Below, in pieces: positions 29,555-39,372 of a stretch of DNA of 64,000 nucleotides. Position 1 is the stretch's first letter; every line of letters begins with the position of its first letter. A program made the position numbers and the translations under genes. Source of the stretch: Bacillota bacterium (GTDB lineage Bacteria > Sysuimicrobiota > Sysuimicrobiia > Sysuimicrobiales > Segetimicrobiaceae); contig JAJPJJ010000086.1 in assembly GCA_021324295.1 (NCBI GenBank), forward strand, positions 19,991 to 83,990, in the 5' to 3' direction. Below the pieces are notes generated by a model that saw nothing but the letters and a program-made list of their open reading frames with translations, had not been told where the DNA came from and searched no databases.

Positions 29555-30451
29555 CTACAGCACCTTCATCCGCGGATCGAGCGCGTCGCGCAGGCCGTCG
29601 CCGAGCAGGTTGAACGCCATCACCGCGGCGAAGATCGCGAGCCCCGGGAACGTGGCCATGTACCAGGTCGTGAGCAGGTACGTCTGGGCCTCCCCCAGCA
29701 TCGCGCCCCACTCCGGCGTCGGCGGCACCACGCCGAGGCCGAGGAACCCGAGCCCGGCGGCCGTGAGGAGCGCCGTGCCGAGCTGGAGCGTCGACTGCAC
29801 GATGATCGGGGCGGCGGTATTGGGCAGGACGTGGCGCACCATGATGATCCAGTCCGGGAGCCCCGCGGCGCGCGCCGACTCGACGTAGGTCTGCTCCCGC
29901 ACCGACAGGGTGACGCCGCGGACCAGGCGGATGTACACCGGGATCGAGGCGATGCCGACGCTGAGGATCACGTTGGTAAAGCCGACGCCGAGCAGGCTGA
30001 TCAGCACGAGCGCCAGCAGGAAGCCGGGAAAGGCCAGCATCACATCGACGATCCGCAGGATGAGCGCGTCCGGCGCCCCCCGGTAGAACCCCGCGCAGAT
30101 CCCCAGCGGCACCCCGATCGCCGCGCCGAGCGCCACGGCGAAGACGCCGATCAGCAACGAGATCCGCCCGCCGTACACCACCCGGGTGAGGATGTCCCGG
30201 CCGAGCTGGTCCGTCCCGAACGGATGGGCGAGCGACGGCCCGTGCAGCACGGCGCCCAGGTCGGCGGTGTCGGGGTTGTACGGCAGGATGACCCCGGCGA
30301 GCGCCGCCGAGGCGACCATGACGGCGAGGACGGCGAGCCCCGCCATCCCGGTCCTGTTCCGCGCCATCCGGGCGAGGATCGCCAGCGGGTGGCTGAAGCG
30401 GCGCTCCGGCGGGCGCTCAGCCGTACTTGATGCGCGGATCGATGTAGCCAT
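29555..30451 (-). CDS. ABC transporter permease (DppC-type), second set
   Basis: HPFGTDQLGRDILTRVVYGGRISL and ESARAAGLPDWIIMVRHVLPNTAAP. The start is uncertain (30451 or ATG 30367). Confidence 0.88.
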   Translation of the reverse strand: MATSIRASSTAERPPERRFSHPLAILARMARNRTGMAGLAVLAVMVASAALAGVILPYNPDTADLGAVLHGPSLAHPFGTDQLGRDILTRVVYGGRISLLIGVFAVALGAAIGVPLGICAGFYRGAPDALILRIVDVMLAFPGFLLALVLISLLGVGFTNVILSVGIASIPVYIRLVRGVTLSVREQTYVESARAAGLPDWIIMVRHVLPNTAAPIIVQSTLQLGTALLTAAGLGFLGLGVVPPTPEWGAMLGEAQTYLLTTWYMATFPGLAIFAAVMAFNLLGDGLRDALDPRMKVL

Positions 30452-31349
30452 ACAGAAGGTCCATGACGAGGTTGATGACCAGGAAGGTCACGGCGAACAG
30501 GAGCACGACGCCCTGGATCACCGGGTAGTCGCGCGAACTGATCGCGGAGACGAGGAGCCGGCCGATCCCCGGCCACGCGAACGTCGTCTCGGTCAGGACC
30601 GCCCCGCCGATCAGGCTGCCGAACTGCAGCCCGATCACCGTGACGACGGGGATCAGCGCGTTGCGCAGCGCGTGGCGGTACACGACGAGGCGCTCGGCCA
30701 AGCCCTTCGCGCGCGCGGTCCGGACGTAGTCCTGCCGCAGCGTCTCCAGCATGCTGCTCCGCGTCATCCGCTCGATGATCGCCAGGCTGAACGCGGCGAG
30801 TGTGATCGACGGGAGGATGAGGCTCGTGGGCCCGGCGTCCCCGCCGGCCGGCACGAGGTGCAGGCCGACCGCGAAGACGAGCATCAGCATGAGGCCGAGC
30901 CAGAAGACGGGGATGCTCACGCCGGCGAGCGCCAGGACCGTCACGAGGTAGTCGGTGGGGGTGTACTGCCGCGTGCTGACGACGATCCCGGAGACGATCC
31001 CGACGACCCCGGCCAGCACGGTGGCCGTCGCGGCCAGCACCGCCGTCTGGGGCAGGCGGGTCTCGATCTCGTAGGCCACCGGCGCCTGGGTGACCGTGGA
31101 TCTTCCGAGGTTGCCCCGGAGCGCGTTACGGATGAAGATCTCGTACTGGACGACGACCGGCTTCGTCAGCCCGAGCTGGGCCCGGATCCGGTTTACTTCT
31201 TCCTGCGACGCCAGCTCCCCCGCCAGGATGCGCGCCGGGTCACCGGGCAGCATCCGGACCATGAAGAAGACGATGAGGGTGACGCCGAAGAGCGTCGGAA
31301 TCGCCGCGAGCACGCGGCGGACCGCGAACCCGACAAAGCCGCCGGCCAT
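30417..31349 (-). CDS. ABC transporter permease (DppB-type), second set
   Basis: FAVRRVLAAIPTLFGVTLIVFFMVRMLPGDP and TARAKGLAERLVVYRHALRNALIP. Confidence 0.9.
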   Translation of the reverse strand: MAGGFVGFAVRRVLAAIPTLFGVTLIVFFMVRMLPGDPARILAGELASQEEVNRIRAQLGLTKPVVVQYEIFIRNALRGNLGRSTVTQAPVAYEIETRLPQTAVLAATATVLAGVVGIVSGIVVSTRQYTPTDYLVTVLALAGVSIPVFWLGLMLMLVFAVGLHLVPAGGDAGPTSLILPSITLAAFSLAIIERMTRSSMLETLRQDYVRTARAKGLAERLVVYRHALRNALIPVVTVIGLQFGSLIGGAVLTETTFAWPGIGRLLVSAISSRDYPVIQGVVLLFAVTFLVINLVMDLLYGYIDPRIKYG

Positions 31350-31389
31350 GGTCTCGTAGGGGGATGTCCCCTGTCACAATTGGCGCCGA

Positions 31390-32628
31390 TCACTCCGCCT
31401 CCTGCCGCGGCCGGGGGCCGCGCGCGGCTCCGGGATCGCCCCCGCCGGCGCGCTCCGGCACCAAGCCCCGGGTACCCAGCGCCGAGATCGCCAGCATCGC
31501 CGCGGCGACGACGAACACAGGCCGGATGCCGATCGCGGCCGAGAGCATCCCGCCGAGCAGCGGCCCCGCGAGGTTGCCGGCCGTGATCGCGCTGCTCGTC
31601 ACCCCCATCATCCCGCCGAGCCGGGCCGGCGGCGTCAGCCGGGCGACCAGCGCGTACAGCGGGGGCATGAGACCCCCGATGAAGAACCCCAGGACCGCGC
31701 GGAGCGCGAACAGCGAAACCGGGGATCGGACCCACGCCTGCGCCGCGTACGCGGCGCACGCTCCCCACAGCACCAGCGCGAGCACCCTCCCCTCGCCGAT
31801 CCGGTCGGAGCTTCGTCCCCACAGCGGCGCGCCGGCGATCGAGGCGATTCCTGTCACGGAGAACAGCGCGCCGGCGACGGTCGCGACGCGGTCCGGCGGC
31901 ACGCCGAGCGTGCCCACGAAGACCGGAAAGATCGGCTCGATCGCCCAGACCGCAGCCTGACTCGCCACGAGGAGGAGCCCAACGGTGCGCAGCGTCGGCG
32001 ACCCGAGGAAGGAGGTCACGTGCGCGCGCACGCCCGGCCCGGCGCGTGGCACCCGCTCCCCGCCCGGCTCACGCACATACCGGAGGACCACGCCCGCCGC
32101 GAGCCAGCACATCAGGCCGTTGATGACGAAGACCCGGCGGTACCCCACGAGGTCGGCCAGCGCCCCGCCGATCAGCGGCCCGACCACGCCCCCCGCGGTG
32201 AGCGACGTCTGCAGGAAGCCCATCGCCGCGCCCACCCGGTCCCGCGGGATCGACGCCGAGACGAGGGCGTTGGTGGCCGCCACGAACCCGCTCACGCCGC
32301 CCTGGATGGCGCGCAGCGCCAGCAACTGCTCCACGCGCTGCACGAACGCGGAGAGGAAGTTCGTGGAGCCGATCCCGACGAGCGCTCGCATCACCATGCT
32401 CTTCCGGCCGTACCGGTCCCCCACCACGCCCCAGGCCGGCGCCATGAGCGCCTGGGCGAGGAACGGCGCCGCGAAGAGGAGGCCGCTCCACCGCTCCACG
32501 TCCTCGATCCGCCGGACGCCCAGCGTGCCGATGAACAGCGGAATGAACGGGGCGATCAGCGTCAGCCCGACCATCGCGAGAAACTGCGCCGTCCACAGCG
32601 CGTAGAGGTTCTTTTGCCACTGCATCAT
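31390..32628 (-). CDS. MFS transporter
   Basis: About 12 predicted hydrophobic segments and the MFS loop motif GVVGDRYGRK between TM2 and TM3. Confidence 0.88.
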   Translation of the reverse strand: MMQWQKNLYALWTAQFLAMVGLTLIAPFIPLFIGTLGVRRIEDVERWSGLLFAAPFLAQALMAPAWGVVGDRYGRKSMVMRALVGIGSTNFLSAFVQRVEQLLALRAIQGGVSGFVAATNALVSASIPRDRVGAAMGFLQTSLTAGGVVGPLIGGALADLVGYRRVFVINGLMCWLAAGVVLRYVREPGGERVPRAGPGVRAHVTSFLGSPTLRTVGLLLVASQAAVWAIEPIFPVFVGTLGVPPDRVATVAGALFSVTGIASIAGAPLWGRSSDRIGEGRVLALVLWGACAAYAAQAWVRSPVSLFALRAVLGFFIGGLMPPLYALVARLTPPARLGGMMGVTSSAITAGNLAGPLLGGMLSAAIGIRPVFVVAAAMLAISALGTRGLVPERAGGGDPGAARGPRPRQEAE

Positions 32629-32715
32629 CGGGCTGCTCTCCGGTGCCGGCGGCAGGTATCACCGTTCGATCGCGAGAATCCTGGCGACGGTCGATCACGC
32701 CCCGTGGAGGACCGC

Positions 32716-33408
32716 ATGCACACGCCGCTCGCGCCCGACGTGCTGGCCCGCCTGCGGACGTTCAGCACGCCGACCCTGGCCAACGCCGTGGAGACGTTCA
32801 ACGCCCGGCCGCGCACCGCCGGGTTCATGTCGTGCCAGATCCGCTGCCTGTTCCCGGAGCTCGGCCCGATGGTCGGCTACGCGTTCACGGCCACCTGCCG
32901 CGCCACCATCGAGCCGCCGCGGGAGGCCGCCGCCCGCCGCATCGAGATGTGGCGGGCGCTCGAGGAGGTTCCCCCGCCCCGCATCGTCGTCCTGCGGGAC
33001 CTGGACGACCCGCCGGGGATCGGCGCGTACTGGGGAGAGGTCCAGAGCAACATCCACCGCGCGCTGGGATGCGTCGGCACCGTCACCAACGGGTCGGTGA
33101 GGGACCTCGACGAGGTCCGGACCCTTGGATTCCACTTCTTCGCCGCCAGCGTGGCCGTCTCCCACGCCTACGTGCACCCGGTCGACTTCGGCCAGCCCGT
33201 CGAGGTGGGCGGCCTTGTGGTGCGCCCCGGCGACCTGCTCCACGCCGACCAGCACGGGGTGCTCGAGATCCCGCTGGAGATCGCCCCGCGGCTCGAGGAG
33301 GCGGTGGCCGCCGTCGAGCGACACGAGCGGGAGATCATCGCCTATTGCCAGAGCGCCGCATTCACGCGCCAGGGCCTCGAGGACCTGTACCGCCGCCTGC
33401 GCGGCTGA
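32716..33408 (+). CDS. RraA-family protein (RraA / HMG-CHA aldolase-like)
   Basis: ATG at 32716. FSTPTLANAV...GAYWGEVQSNIHRALGCVGTVTNGSVRD...VRPGDLLHADQHGV matches the RraA-like fold family. Confidence 0.8.
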   Translation: MHTPLAPDVLARLRTFSTPTLANAVETFNARPRTAGFMSCQIRCLFPELGPMVGYAFTATCRATIEPPREAAARRIEMWRALEEVPPPRIVVLRDLDDPPGIGAYWGEVQSNIHRALGCVGTVTNGSVRDLDEVRTLGFHFFAASVAVSHAYVHPVDFGQPVEVGGLVVRPGDLLHADQHGVLEIPLEIAPRLEEAVAAVERHEREIIAYCQSAAFTRQGLEDLYRRLRG

Positions 33409-33417
33409 CGCGTCGTC

Positions 33418-35058
33418 ATGCAGGCGAAGACCGCGCTCTTCGAGATGCTCCGGCAGCGGGGCGTCCGCTGCGTCTTCGGCAACCCGGGGACGACGGAGCT
33501 CGGCTTCATGGAGATGTTCGCCGACTACCCCGAGATCGCGTACGTGCTGGCGCTCCAGGACGCCATCCCCGTCGGGATGGCCTACGGGTACGCGCAGGCC
33601 ACGGGAGAGCCGGCCGTCGTCAACCTCCACATCACGCCCGGGGTGGCCAACGGGCTCGGCAACATCTTCAACGCGTATCGCGCCCGGGCGCCGCTCGTCG
33701 TCACGGCGGGCCAGGTCGACCGGCGGATGGTGCTGCAGGACCCGAGCCTGTGGAGCGACCTCGCGCGCGTGGCGGCGCCGTTCACCAAGTGGTCGTACGA
33801 GGTCAAGACGGGTGCGGACGTCCCCGTGGCGCTCGCGCGGGCGTTCGCGCTCGCCAGCGCGCCGCCCGCGGGGCCGGTGTTCCTCTCGCTCCCGATGGAC
33901 TGCCTGGACGAGCCGGTCGACGGGCCCGCCCCGTGGATCACGCTCGCGGGCGGCGCCCGCCCGTCGCCGGGGGCGCTCGACACGGTCGCGCGCGCGCTCG
34001 CGGCGGCGGAGGCGCCCGTGCTGATCGTCGGCGGGGGCGCCGCGACGCCCGAGGCCCGTGCCGCGCTCGTCCGCCTCGCCGAGGCGACGGGCGCGCGCGT
34101 GTACGGGGAGCGTCTGCCCGCCCGCTCGGCGTTCCCCACCGACCACCCCCAGTACCTCGGGATGGTCGGGTTCTCGCTGACCCAGCTCCGCGCGGAGCTG
34201 GGCAGCGCGGATGTCGTGGTGCTCGCGGGCGCGCGGAAGTTCGCGTCGCTCCTCTACACCCCGCCGGTGCGGCTCCCGCCGAGCACGACCGTCATCCACG
34301 TGGATCCCGATCCCTGGGAGATCGGCAAGAACGTGCCGACGACGCTCGGGATCGCCGGCGACGTCGCGGCCGTCTTCACGGAGGTGGCGGAGCGGCTCCC
34401 GGAGCATCTGGACGCGGGCCGCCGGGCGTCTGCCGCCGCGCGGGCGGCGGCGGTACGGGTGGAACGGACCCGGCGCGAGGAGAGGTGGCGGCAGGCGGCG
34501 AGCCTGCCGAAGCCCGGCGACCGGATGACGGCCGCGTGCGTGTACCGGATCCTGGGCGACGTGATGGACGACGACACGACCGTCGTCGACGAGGCCATCA
34601 CCGCGGCGCGGCTGATCGACCGCTACCTGCCCCTGCGCACGGAGCGGTCGTACCTCGGGGTGGCGGCGGGCTCGCTCGGACTCGGCCTGCCGGCGAGCCT
34701 CGGCGCCCAGATGGCGTGGCCGGACCGGCGGGTGATCTGCGCGATCGGGGACGGCTCGTTGATGTACACGGTGCAGGCGCTGTGGACCGCGGCCCGGTAT
34801 CGCATCCCGACGACGGTGCTCGTGCTGGACAACCGCGCGTACCAGATCCTGAAGGACGGCATGGAGACGTACAAGGGCGGCCCGGTGCCGCCCGAGCGCC
34901 TGGTCGGCATGGATCTGGACGCGCCGCCCGTGGATATCCCGAGCGTGTCCCGGGGGTTCGGCGTGCCCGGCCGGCTCGTCACGGACCCGGCGGAGCTGCG
35001 GGCGGCGCTGTCCGAGCGGAGCAGCGAGCCCCGGCTGCTGGACGTGCTGGTGAAGTAG
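33418..35058 (+). CDS. Thiamine-diphosphate-dependent enzyme (benzoylformate decarboxylase / acetolactate synthase-like)
   Basis: N-terminal GVRCVFGNPGTTELGF and the ThDP-binding motif IGDGSLMYTVQALWTAARYRIPTTVLVLDNRAY. Confidence 0.88.
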   Translation: MQAKTALFEMLRQRGVRCVFGNPGTTELGFMEMFADYPEIAYVLALQDAIPVGMAYGYAQATGEPAVVNLHITPGVANGLGNIFNAYRARAPLVVTAGQVDRRMVLQDPSLWSDLARVAAPFTKWSYEVKTGADVPVALARAFALASAPPAGPVFLSLPMDCLDEPVDGPAPWITLAGGARPSPGALDTVARALAAAEAPVLIVGGGAATPEARAALVRLAEATGARVYGERLPARSAFPTDHPQYLGMVGFSLTQLRAELGSADVVVLAGARKFASLLYTPPVRLPPSTTVIHVDPDPWEIGKNVPTTLGIAGDVAAVFTEVAERLPEHLDAGRRASAAARAAAVRVERTRREERWRQAASLPKPGDRMTAACVYRILGDVMDDDTTVVDEAITAARLIDRYLPLRTERSYLGVAAGSLGLGLPASLGAQMAWPDRRVICAIGDGSLMYTVQALWTAARYRIPTTVLVLDNRAYQILKDGMETYKGGPVPPERLVGMDLDAPPVDIPSVSRGFGVPGRLVTDPAELRAALSERSSEPRLLDVLVK

Positions 35059-35085
35059 AGGGGGCGGCCAGCCCCGGCGCCCGCG

Positions 35086-35982
35086 CTACTCCAGCGCGGT
35101 CAGGCCCGGCCGCGGCGCCATCCAGAAGAGCGGGTTGACCGGAATCCCGTTCACGTAGAGGCCCCAGTGCAGGCTCGGCCCGGTCACGAGCCCGGTGGCG
35201 CCGATCCGGCCGATCAGGGCTCCTCTCTCCACGCGATCGCCCTCGCGGACCGCGAACGCTGCGAGATGGAGATACTCGGTCAGCACGCCCTGGCCGTGGT
35301 CGATCACGACGGTGTTGCCGCCGAGCGGCAGCGCCCGCGCGAGCGCGATGGTGCCGGCGTTGGCCGCGGTCACGGGCGCGCCCGCCGGCGCCTGGAAGTC
35401 GACGCCCATGTGCCACCACTCCCGGTGGCCGTTGTAGAGGCCCTGCTCCCCGTACGGCGAGTCCATCGGGCCGGTGGACGGCGCCTCGAACGGTCCGTGC
35501 CACCACGCGACGGCGGTCCGGCGCCCGAGCACCGGTCCGAGCACCTGCCGCTCGATCGCGAGGTTCGCGGGCGTGATCAGCCCGAAGGTCTTCGGCGGCA
35601 GCGTCAGCCGGCGGACCGCAAACCGGGCGGCCCGCAGACGCACCGTGCGGGAGAGGTGTTGCGCCGCGCCGTCCTCGTCGGTCACCGCGACGTGGATCGT
35701 GTGGACGCCGGCGGCGGTGTCGGGATCGGTGCCGACGAGCGCCCGTACCACGCGCCCGACCGGGAACGTGGGCACGGGCGTGCGGTCCCACAGGGCGGAC
35801 GCGCGGGCGCGGTCCGGGATCGAGACGAGGACGGTCAGCGTATCGCCCTGCACGGGCGCCTCCGGCAGGAGACGGATCACGGCCGATGCGGCGGGCGCCG
35901 CCGGCGCGCGCGCCGGCGGCGCCGCGGCGACCACGAGGACGAGCGCCAGTGCCCCCGCCAGCCGGTGCATGGTCGTGCTCAT
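35086..35982 (-). CDS. M23-family metallopeptidase
   Basis: ATG 35982 follows GGAGAGGA. Signal-like MHRLAGALALVLVVAAA and M23 motifs HMGVDFQAPAGAPV and VIDHGQGVLTEYLHL...ATGLVTGPSLHW. Confidence 0.88.
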   Translation of the reverse strand: MSTTMHRLAGALALVLVVAAAPPARAPAAPAASAVIRLLPEAPVQGDTLTVLVSIPDRARASALWDRTPVPTFPVGRVVRALVGTDPDTAAGVHTIHVAVTDEDGAAQHLSRTVRLRAARFAVRRLTLPPKTFGLITPANLAIERQVLGPVLGRRTAVAWWHGPFEAPSTGPMDSPYGEQGLYNGHREWWHMGVDFQAPAGAPVTAANAGTIALARALPLGGNTVVIDHGQGVLTEYLHLAAFAVREGDRVERGALIGRIGATGLVTGPSLHWGLYVNGIPVNPLFWMAPRPGLTALE

Positions 35983-36101
35983 TGTAGATCCTCTCCGCCC
36001 GCCGATCCAGCGAGACCCGGCCGCCCCGGTGTCGGTCCCCCGGCAGGCGCTTCGGCCGCGGACCGCCAATCCTGAGCGTAGAGCCCGCGCCGGAGGTCTG
36101 C

Positions 36102-36986
36102 ATGCCTTACGCGTCCGTCAACGGAGTGCGGCTGTACTACGAGACCACCGGGGAGGGCTTCCCGCTCGTCCTCGTGCACGAGTTCGCGGGCGATAGCCGG
36201 AGTTGGGAGCCCCAAGTGCGGTTCTTCGCCCGGCGGTTCCGGGTGGTCACGTACAACGCCCGCGGCTATCCGCCCTCGGACGTCCCGGAGGATCCCGCGG
36301 CCTACTCCCAGGACGCCGCGGTCGAGGACCTCCTCGGCGTGATGAGGCACCTGGAGCTCGCGCAGGCGCACCTGTGCGGGCTGTCCATGGGAGCGTACGC
36401 GGTGCTGCACGTCGGGCTGCGCCACCCGGAGATGGCGCGGTCGCTCGTGGTGGCGGGGTGCGGCTACGGATCCGACGACCCGGAGCGGTTCCGGCGCGAC
36501 GCGGAGGAGCTCGCCCGGCGGATCGACCGCGAGGGAATGGCCGCCGTCGGCCCGGCGTACGCGCGGGGCCCCACGCGGCTGCCGTTCATGCGCAAGGATC
36601 CGCGCGGTTGGCAGGAGTTCGCGGATGCGCTGGCGCGCCACTCGGGGCCGGGCAGCGCCGGCACGATGCGCGGGGTGCAGGCGCGACGGCCCTCGGTGTA
36701 CTCGCTCGCGGACGCGCTGCAGCGCCTGACCGTCCCGACGCTCATCGTCAACGGCGACGAGGACGAGCCGTGCCTTGCCCCCGGCCTGTTCCTGAAGCGG
36801 CACATCCGCTCCGCCGGCCTGCTCGTCCTGCCGGCCACCGGGCACACGATCAACCTCGAGGAACCGGAGGCGTTCAACCGCGCGGTGCTCGAGTTCGTCA
36901 CGCTCGCGGACGCAGGCCGCTGGCCGCTCCGGGAGCCGCGGCCGGCCGGCGCGTCGGCCCTGCTGCCCGGCCTGGCGCACGGCTGA
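36102..36986 (+). CDS. Alpha/beta-fold hydrolase
   Basis: VNGVRLYYETTGEGFPLVLVHEF, the nucleophile elbow GLSMGAY and a C-terminal GHTINLEEPEAFN. Confidence 0.88.
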   Translation: MPYASVNGVRLYYETTGEGFPLVLVHEFAGDSRSWEPQVRFFARRFRVVTYNARGYPPSDVPEDPAAYSQDAAVEDLLGVMRHLELAQAHLCGLSMGAYAVLHVGLRHPEMARSLVVAGCGYGSDDPERFRRDAEELARRIDREGMAAVGPAYARGPTRLPFMRKDPRGWQEFADALARHSGPGSAGTMRGVQARRPSVYSLADALQRLTVPTLIVNGDEDEPCLAPGLFLKRHIRSAGLLVLPATGHTINLEEPEAFNRAVLEFVTLADAGRWPLREPRPAGASALLPGLAHG

Positions 36987-37130
36987 GCCGCGCGCCAGGC
37001 CGGTGGTGCGGTGGCCGCCCACGGAGGGGTGGGCGAGCGCGACCCCGCTCATCGGCGCGGCGGTCCGGCGATCCGGCGGCCGCGCGGCAGGACATGCGCC
37101 AGTGACTCGGACCGGCGAGGAGGGTCAGCG

Positions 37131-37562
37131 ATGCTCAGGGAGTTCAGGACGTTCGTGATGCGCGGCAACGCCCTCGACCTGGCGATCGGGATCGTGATCG
37201 GCGCGGCGTTCGGGCGGATCGTCTCGTCGCTCGTGAACGACATCATCATGCCGCCGATCGGGCTGCTGCTGCACGGCATCGACTTCACGAACCTGTTTCT
37301 CGTGCTGCGGGGCGGGCCCTACGCCTCCCTCGCCGCCGCGAAAGCCGCGGGCGCGCCGACGGTCAACTACGGGGTGTTCATCAACACCGTGATCGACTTC
37401 ATCATCGTGGCCTTCGTGATCTTCCTGCTGGTTCGGCAGATCAACCGGATGCACCGCGCCCCCGAAGCGGCGCCGACCCGCCCCTGCCCGTATTGCCTCT
37501 CCGCGATCCCGCGGGAGGCGGTCCGCTGCGCGTACTGCACCTCGGAGGTGAAGGCGGCCTGA
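37131..37562 (+). CDS. mscL: Large-conductance mechanosensitive channel MscL with C-terminal CxxC...CxxC tail
   Basis: [44 protein letters not shown] is the canonical MscL N-terminus. The tail is [24 protein letters not shown] 37131 follows GAGGAGGG. Confidence 0.92.
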   Translation: MLREFRTFVMRGNALDLAIGIVIGAAFGRIVSSLVNDIIMPPIGLLLHGIDFTNLFLVLRGGPYASLAAAKAAGAPTVNYGVFINTVIDFIIVAFVIFLLVRQINRMHRAPEAAPTRPCPYCLSAIPREAVRCAYCTSEVKAA

Positions 37563-37606
37563 CGGGCGTCGCGGCCAGCGGGTCGCGACAGTCATGCGGT
37601 GACCCG

Positions 37607-37682
37607 TGGTGGCCCCAGGGGAATTCGAATCCCCGTTTCGGCCTTGAGAGGGCCGCGTCCTAGGCCTCTAGACGATGGGGCC
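37607..37682 (-). tRNA. tRNA-Glu (anticodon CUC), CCA encoded
   Basis: Hand-folded cloverleaf of 76 nt. Acceptor GGCCCCA/TGGGGCC, anticodon stem CGGCC/GGCCG with loop CTCTCAA, T-arm GGGGA-TTCGAAT-TCCCC, discriminator A plus CCA. Confidence 0.9.
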
Positions 37683-37702
37683 GGCTCCGGTGGCCACCAG
37701 CG

Positions 37703-37732
37703 AGTATACCAGATGCGCGTGGCCGCCCGCAA
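37703..37732 (-). promoter_or_regulatory. Extended -10 promoter for tRNA-Glu
   Basis: On the minus strand: TTGCGG (37732-37727), an 18-nt spacer, then TGgTATACT (-10 hexamer at 37708-37703). The -10 lies about 20 nt upstream of the mature tRNA 5' end. Confidence 0.5.
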
Positions 37733-38105
37733 ACTTCGCCCTGCGCATCCCGGACAGCCTGCCGGAGGAAGACCCGGGGCTCCCACCTAGCGGCCCGGGC
37801 TCCCATCGGCCGGGACAGCGTGCCCCAGCTCCCCTGCCGTGTGCCCGCGGGCGGCGCCGTGGCCCGCGGGCCCGGGCCCCACCGGACCGGGGCAGGTTTA
37901 CTCCGGCTCCAGGGCCGTTTGCCGGCGGCGCGCCCCTGCAACGGAGTCGCATTCGCCGCAGCCGATGCTCGCCGGGTCCCCGGCCGATCGCATTACCTGA
38001 GCGGTTTGCCGGTGGGCGGGGTGGGCTACCGGGGGAAATCCACGATGGATGTCCTCGGTGCAGGGGCCGGCAGCCGCCGGCGGACTGCGGCGGGAGGAGC
38101 GGCGG

Positions 38106-39224
38106 ATGGACAGGCATCATATCCCTGTCGCGCGGGTCCTCGGAATCCCGATCGGCATCGACTACTCGTGGTTCCTCATCTTCGTGGCGATCACGTGGGC
38201 CCTGGCCGTGACGTACTATCCGGCGGCGCTGCCGGCGCGGCCGGCCGGGGTGTACTGGCTCCTCGGCGCGCTCACAGCGCTGGCCCTCTTTCTGAGCGTG
38301 GTCCTGCACGAGCTGGGCCATTCGGTCGTGGCGCTCCGCAATCGCATCCCGGTCCGCCGCATCACGCTGTTCGTCTTCGGAGGCGTCTCGCAGATCACGG
38401 CCGAGCCGCCGAGCCCGGGCATCGAGCTGCGGGTGGCCCTCGCCGGCCCCGCCGTGAGCTTCGCGCTGGCGCTCGTCTTCCTTGCCCTCCAGCGGCCCGC
38501 GGCCGGCTCCGGGCCGTGGCTCGCGCTCACCCGCTACCTCGCCTACATCAACGCGACGCTCGGCGCGTTCAACCTGATCCCCGGCTTCCCCCTCGACGGC
38601 GGTCGCGTGCTCCGCGCGCTCGTGTGGTCGGCGACACAGAATCTCTCCCGGGCCACGTACACCGCCGGGACGGTGGGCCGCATCGTTGGCTTCCTCTTCA
38701 TCCTCTGGGGCGTGGTGCAGATCTTCACCGGGCATCCGGGCAGCGGGGTGTGGATCGCCTTCATCGGCTGGTTCCTGGAGAGCGCGGCCACCGCGGAGAT
38801 CCAGCGGCAGACCGTGCAGCGGCTCCTGGGAGGCCACACCGTGGCGGAGCTGATGAACCGCCAGTACTGCGCGATCTCGCCCACCACCTCGCTACAAGAG
38901 CTGGTGGACGAGCACATCTTGGGGGGCGGCCGGCGGTGCTTCGTCGTGTCGCACGGCGACCAGCTCGTCGGCCTGGTGACGCTGCACCGAATCAAGGCCG
39001 TACCGCGCGAGCGGTGGCCGCACACGCCCGCCTCCGAGATCATGACGCCCGCCGCGCGGGTGCGGCGGGTCCGGCCGGGTACCAAGGTCTGGCCAGCGAT
39101 GGTCGAGATGGATCGCGACGGCGTGAACCAGCTTCCCGTCGTGGAGGACGGCCGGATGGTCGGGATGCTTACGCGAGAGGACGTCATCAGCTTCCTCAGG
39201 ACGATGCACGAGCTGGAGTCATGA
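38106..39224 (+). CDS. Site-2 protease family (M50) metalloprotease with CBS-domain pair
   Basis: HELGHSVVA (HExxH), a downstream FNLIPGFPLDGGRVL (LDG motif), and a C-terminal CBS-like pair (VAELMNRQYCAISP..., GLVTLHRI, MVGMLTREDVISFL). ATG 38106 follows GGGAGGAG. Confidence 0.88.
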   Translation: MDRHHIPVARVLGIPIGIDYSWFLIFVAITWALAVTYYPAALPARPAGVYWLLGALTALALFLSVVLHELGHSVVALRNRIPVRRITLFVFGGVSQITAEPPSPGIELRVALAGPAVSFALALVFLALQRPAAGSGPWLALTRYLAYINATLGAFNLIPGFPLDGGRVLRALVWSATQNLSRATYTAGTVGRIVGFLFILWGVVQIFTGHPGSGVWIAFIGWFLESAATAEIQRQTVQRLLGGHTVAELMNRQYCAISPTTSLQELVDEHILGGGRRCFVVSHGDQLVGLVTLHRIKAVPRERWPHTPASEIMTPAARVRRVRPGTKVWPAMVEMDRDGVNQLPVVEDGRMVGMLTREDVISFLRTMHELES

Positions 39225-39372
39225 GCCGGCGCGGCCTCAGCGCGCGTGGCCGCCCCGATGGCAAACAGGTGTTCGGCAGGAGACGGGGGCCCAGGACAAA
39301 ATCGCAGTGCCGACGCATCCGCTCGGACGATCGCGTGTAGCCACCCCATACGCCGCAGAGGAGGGCCACCCC

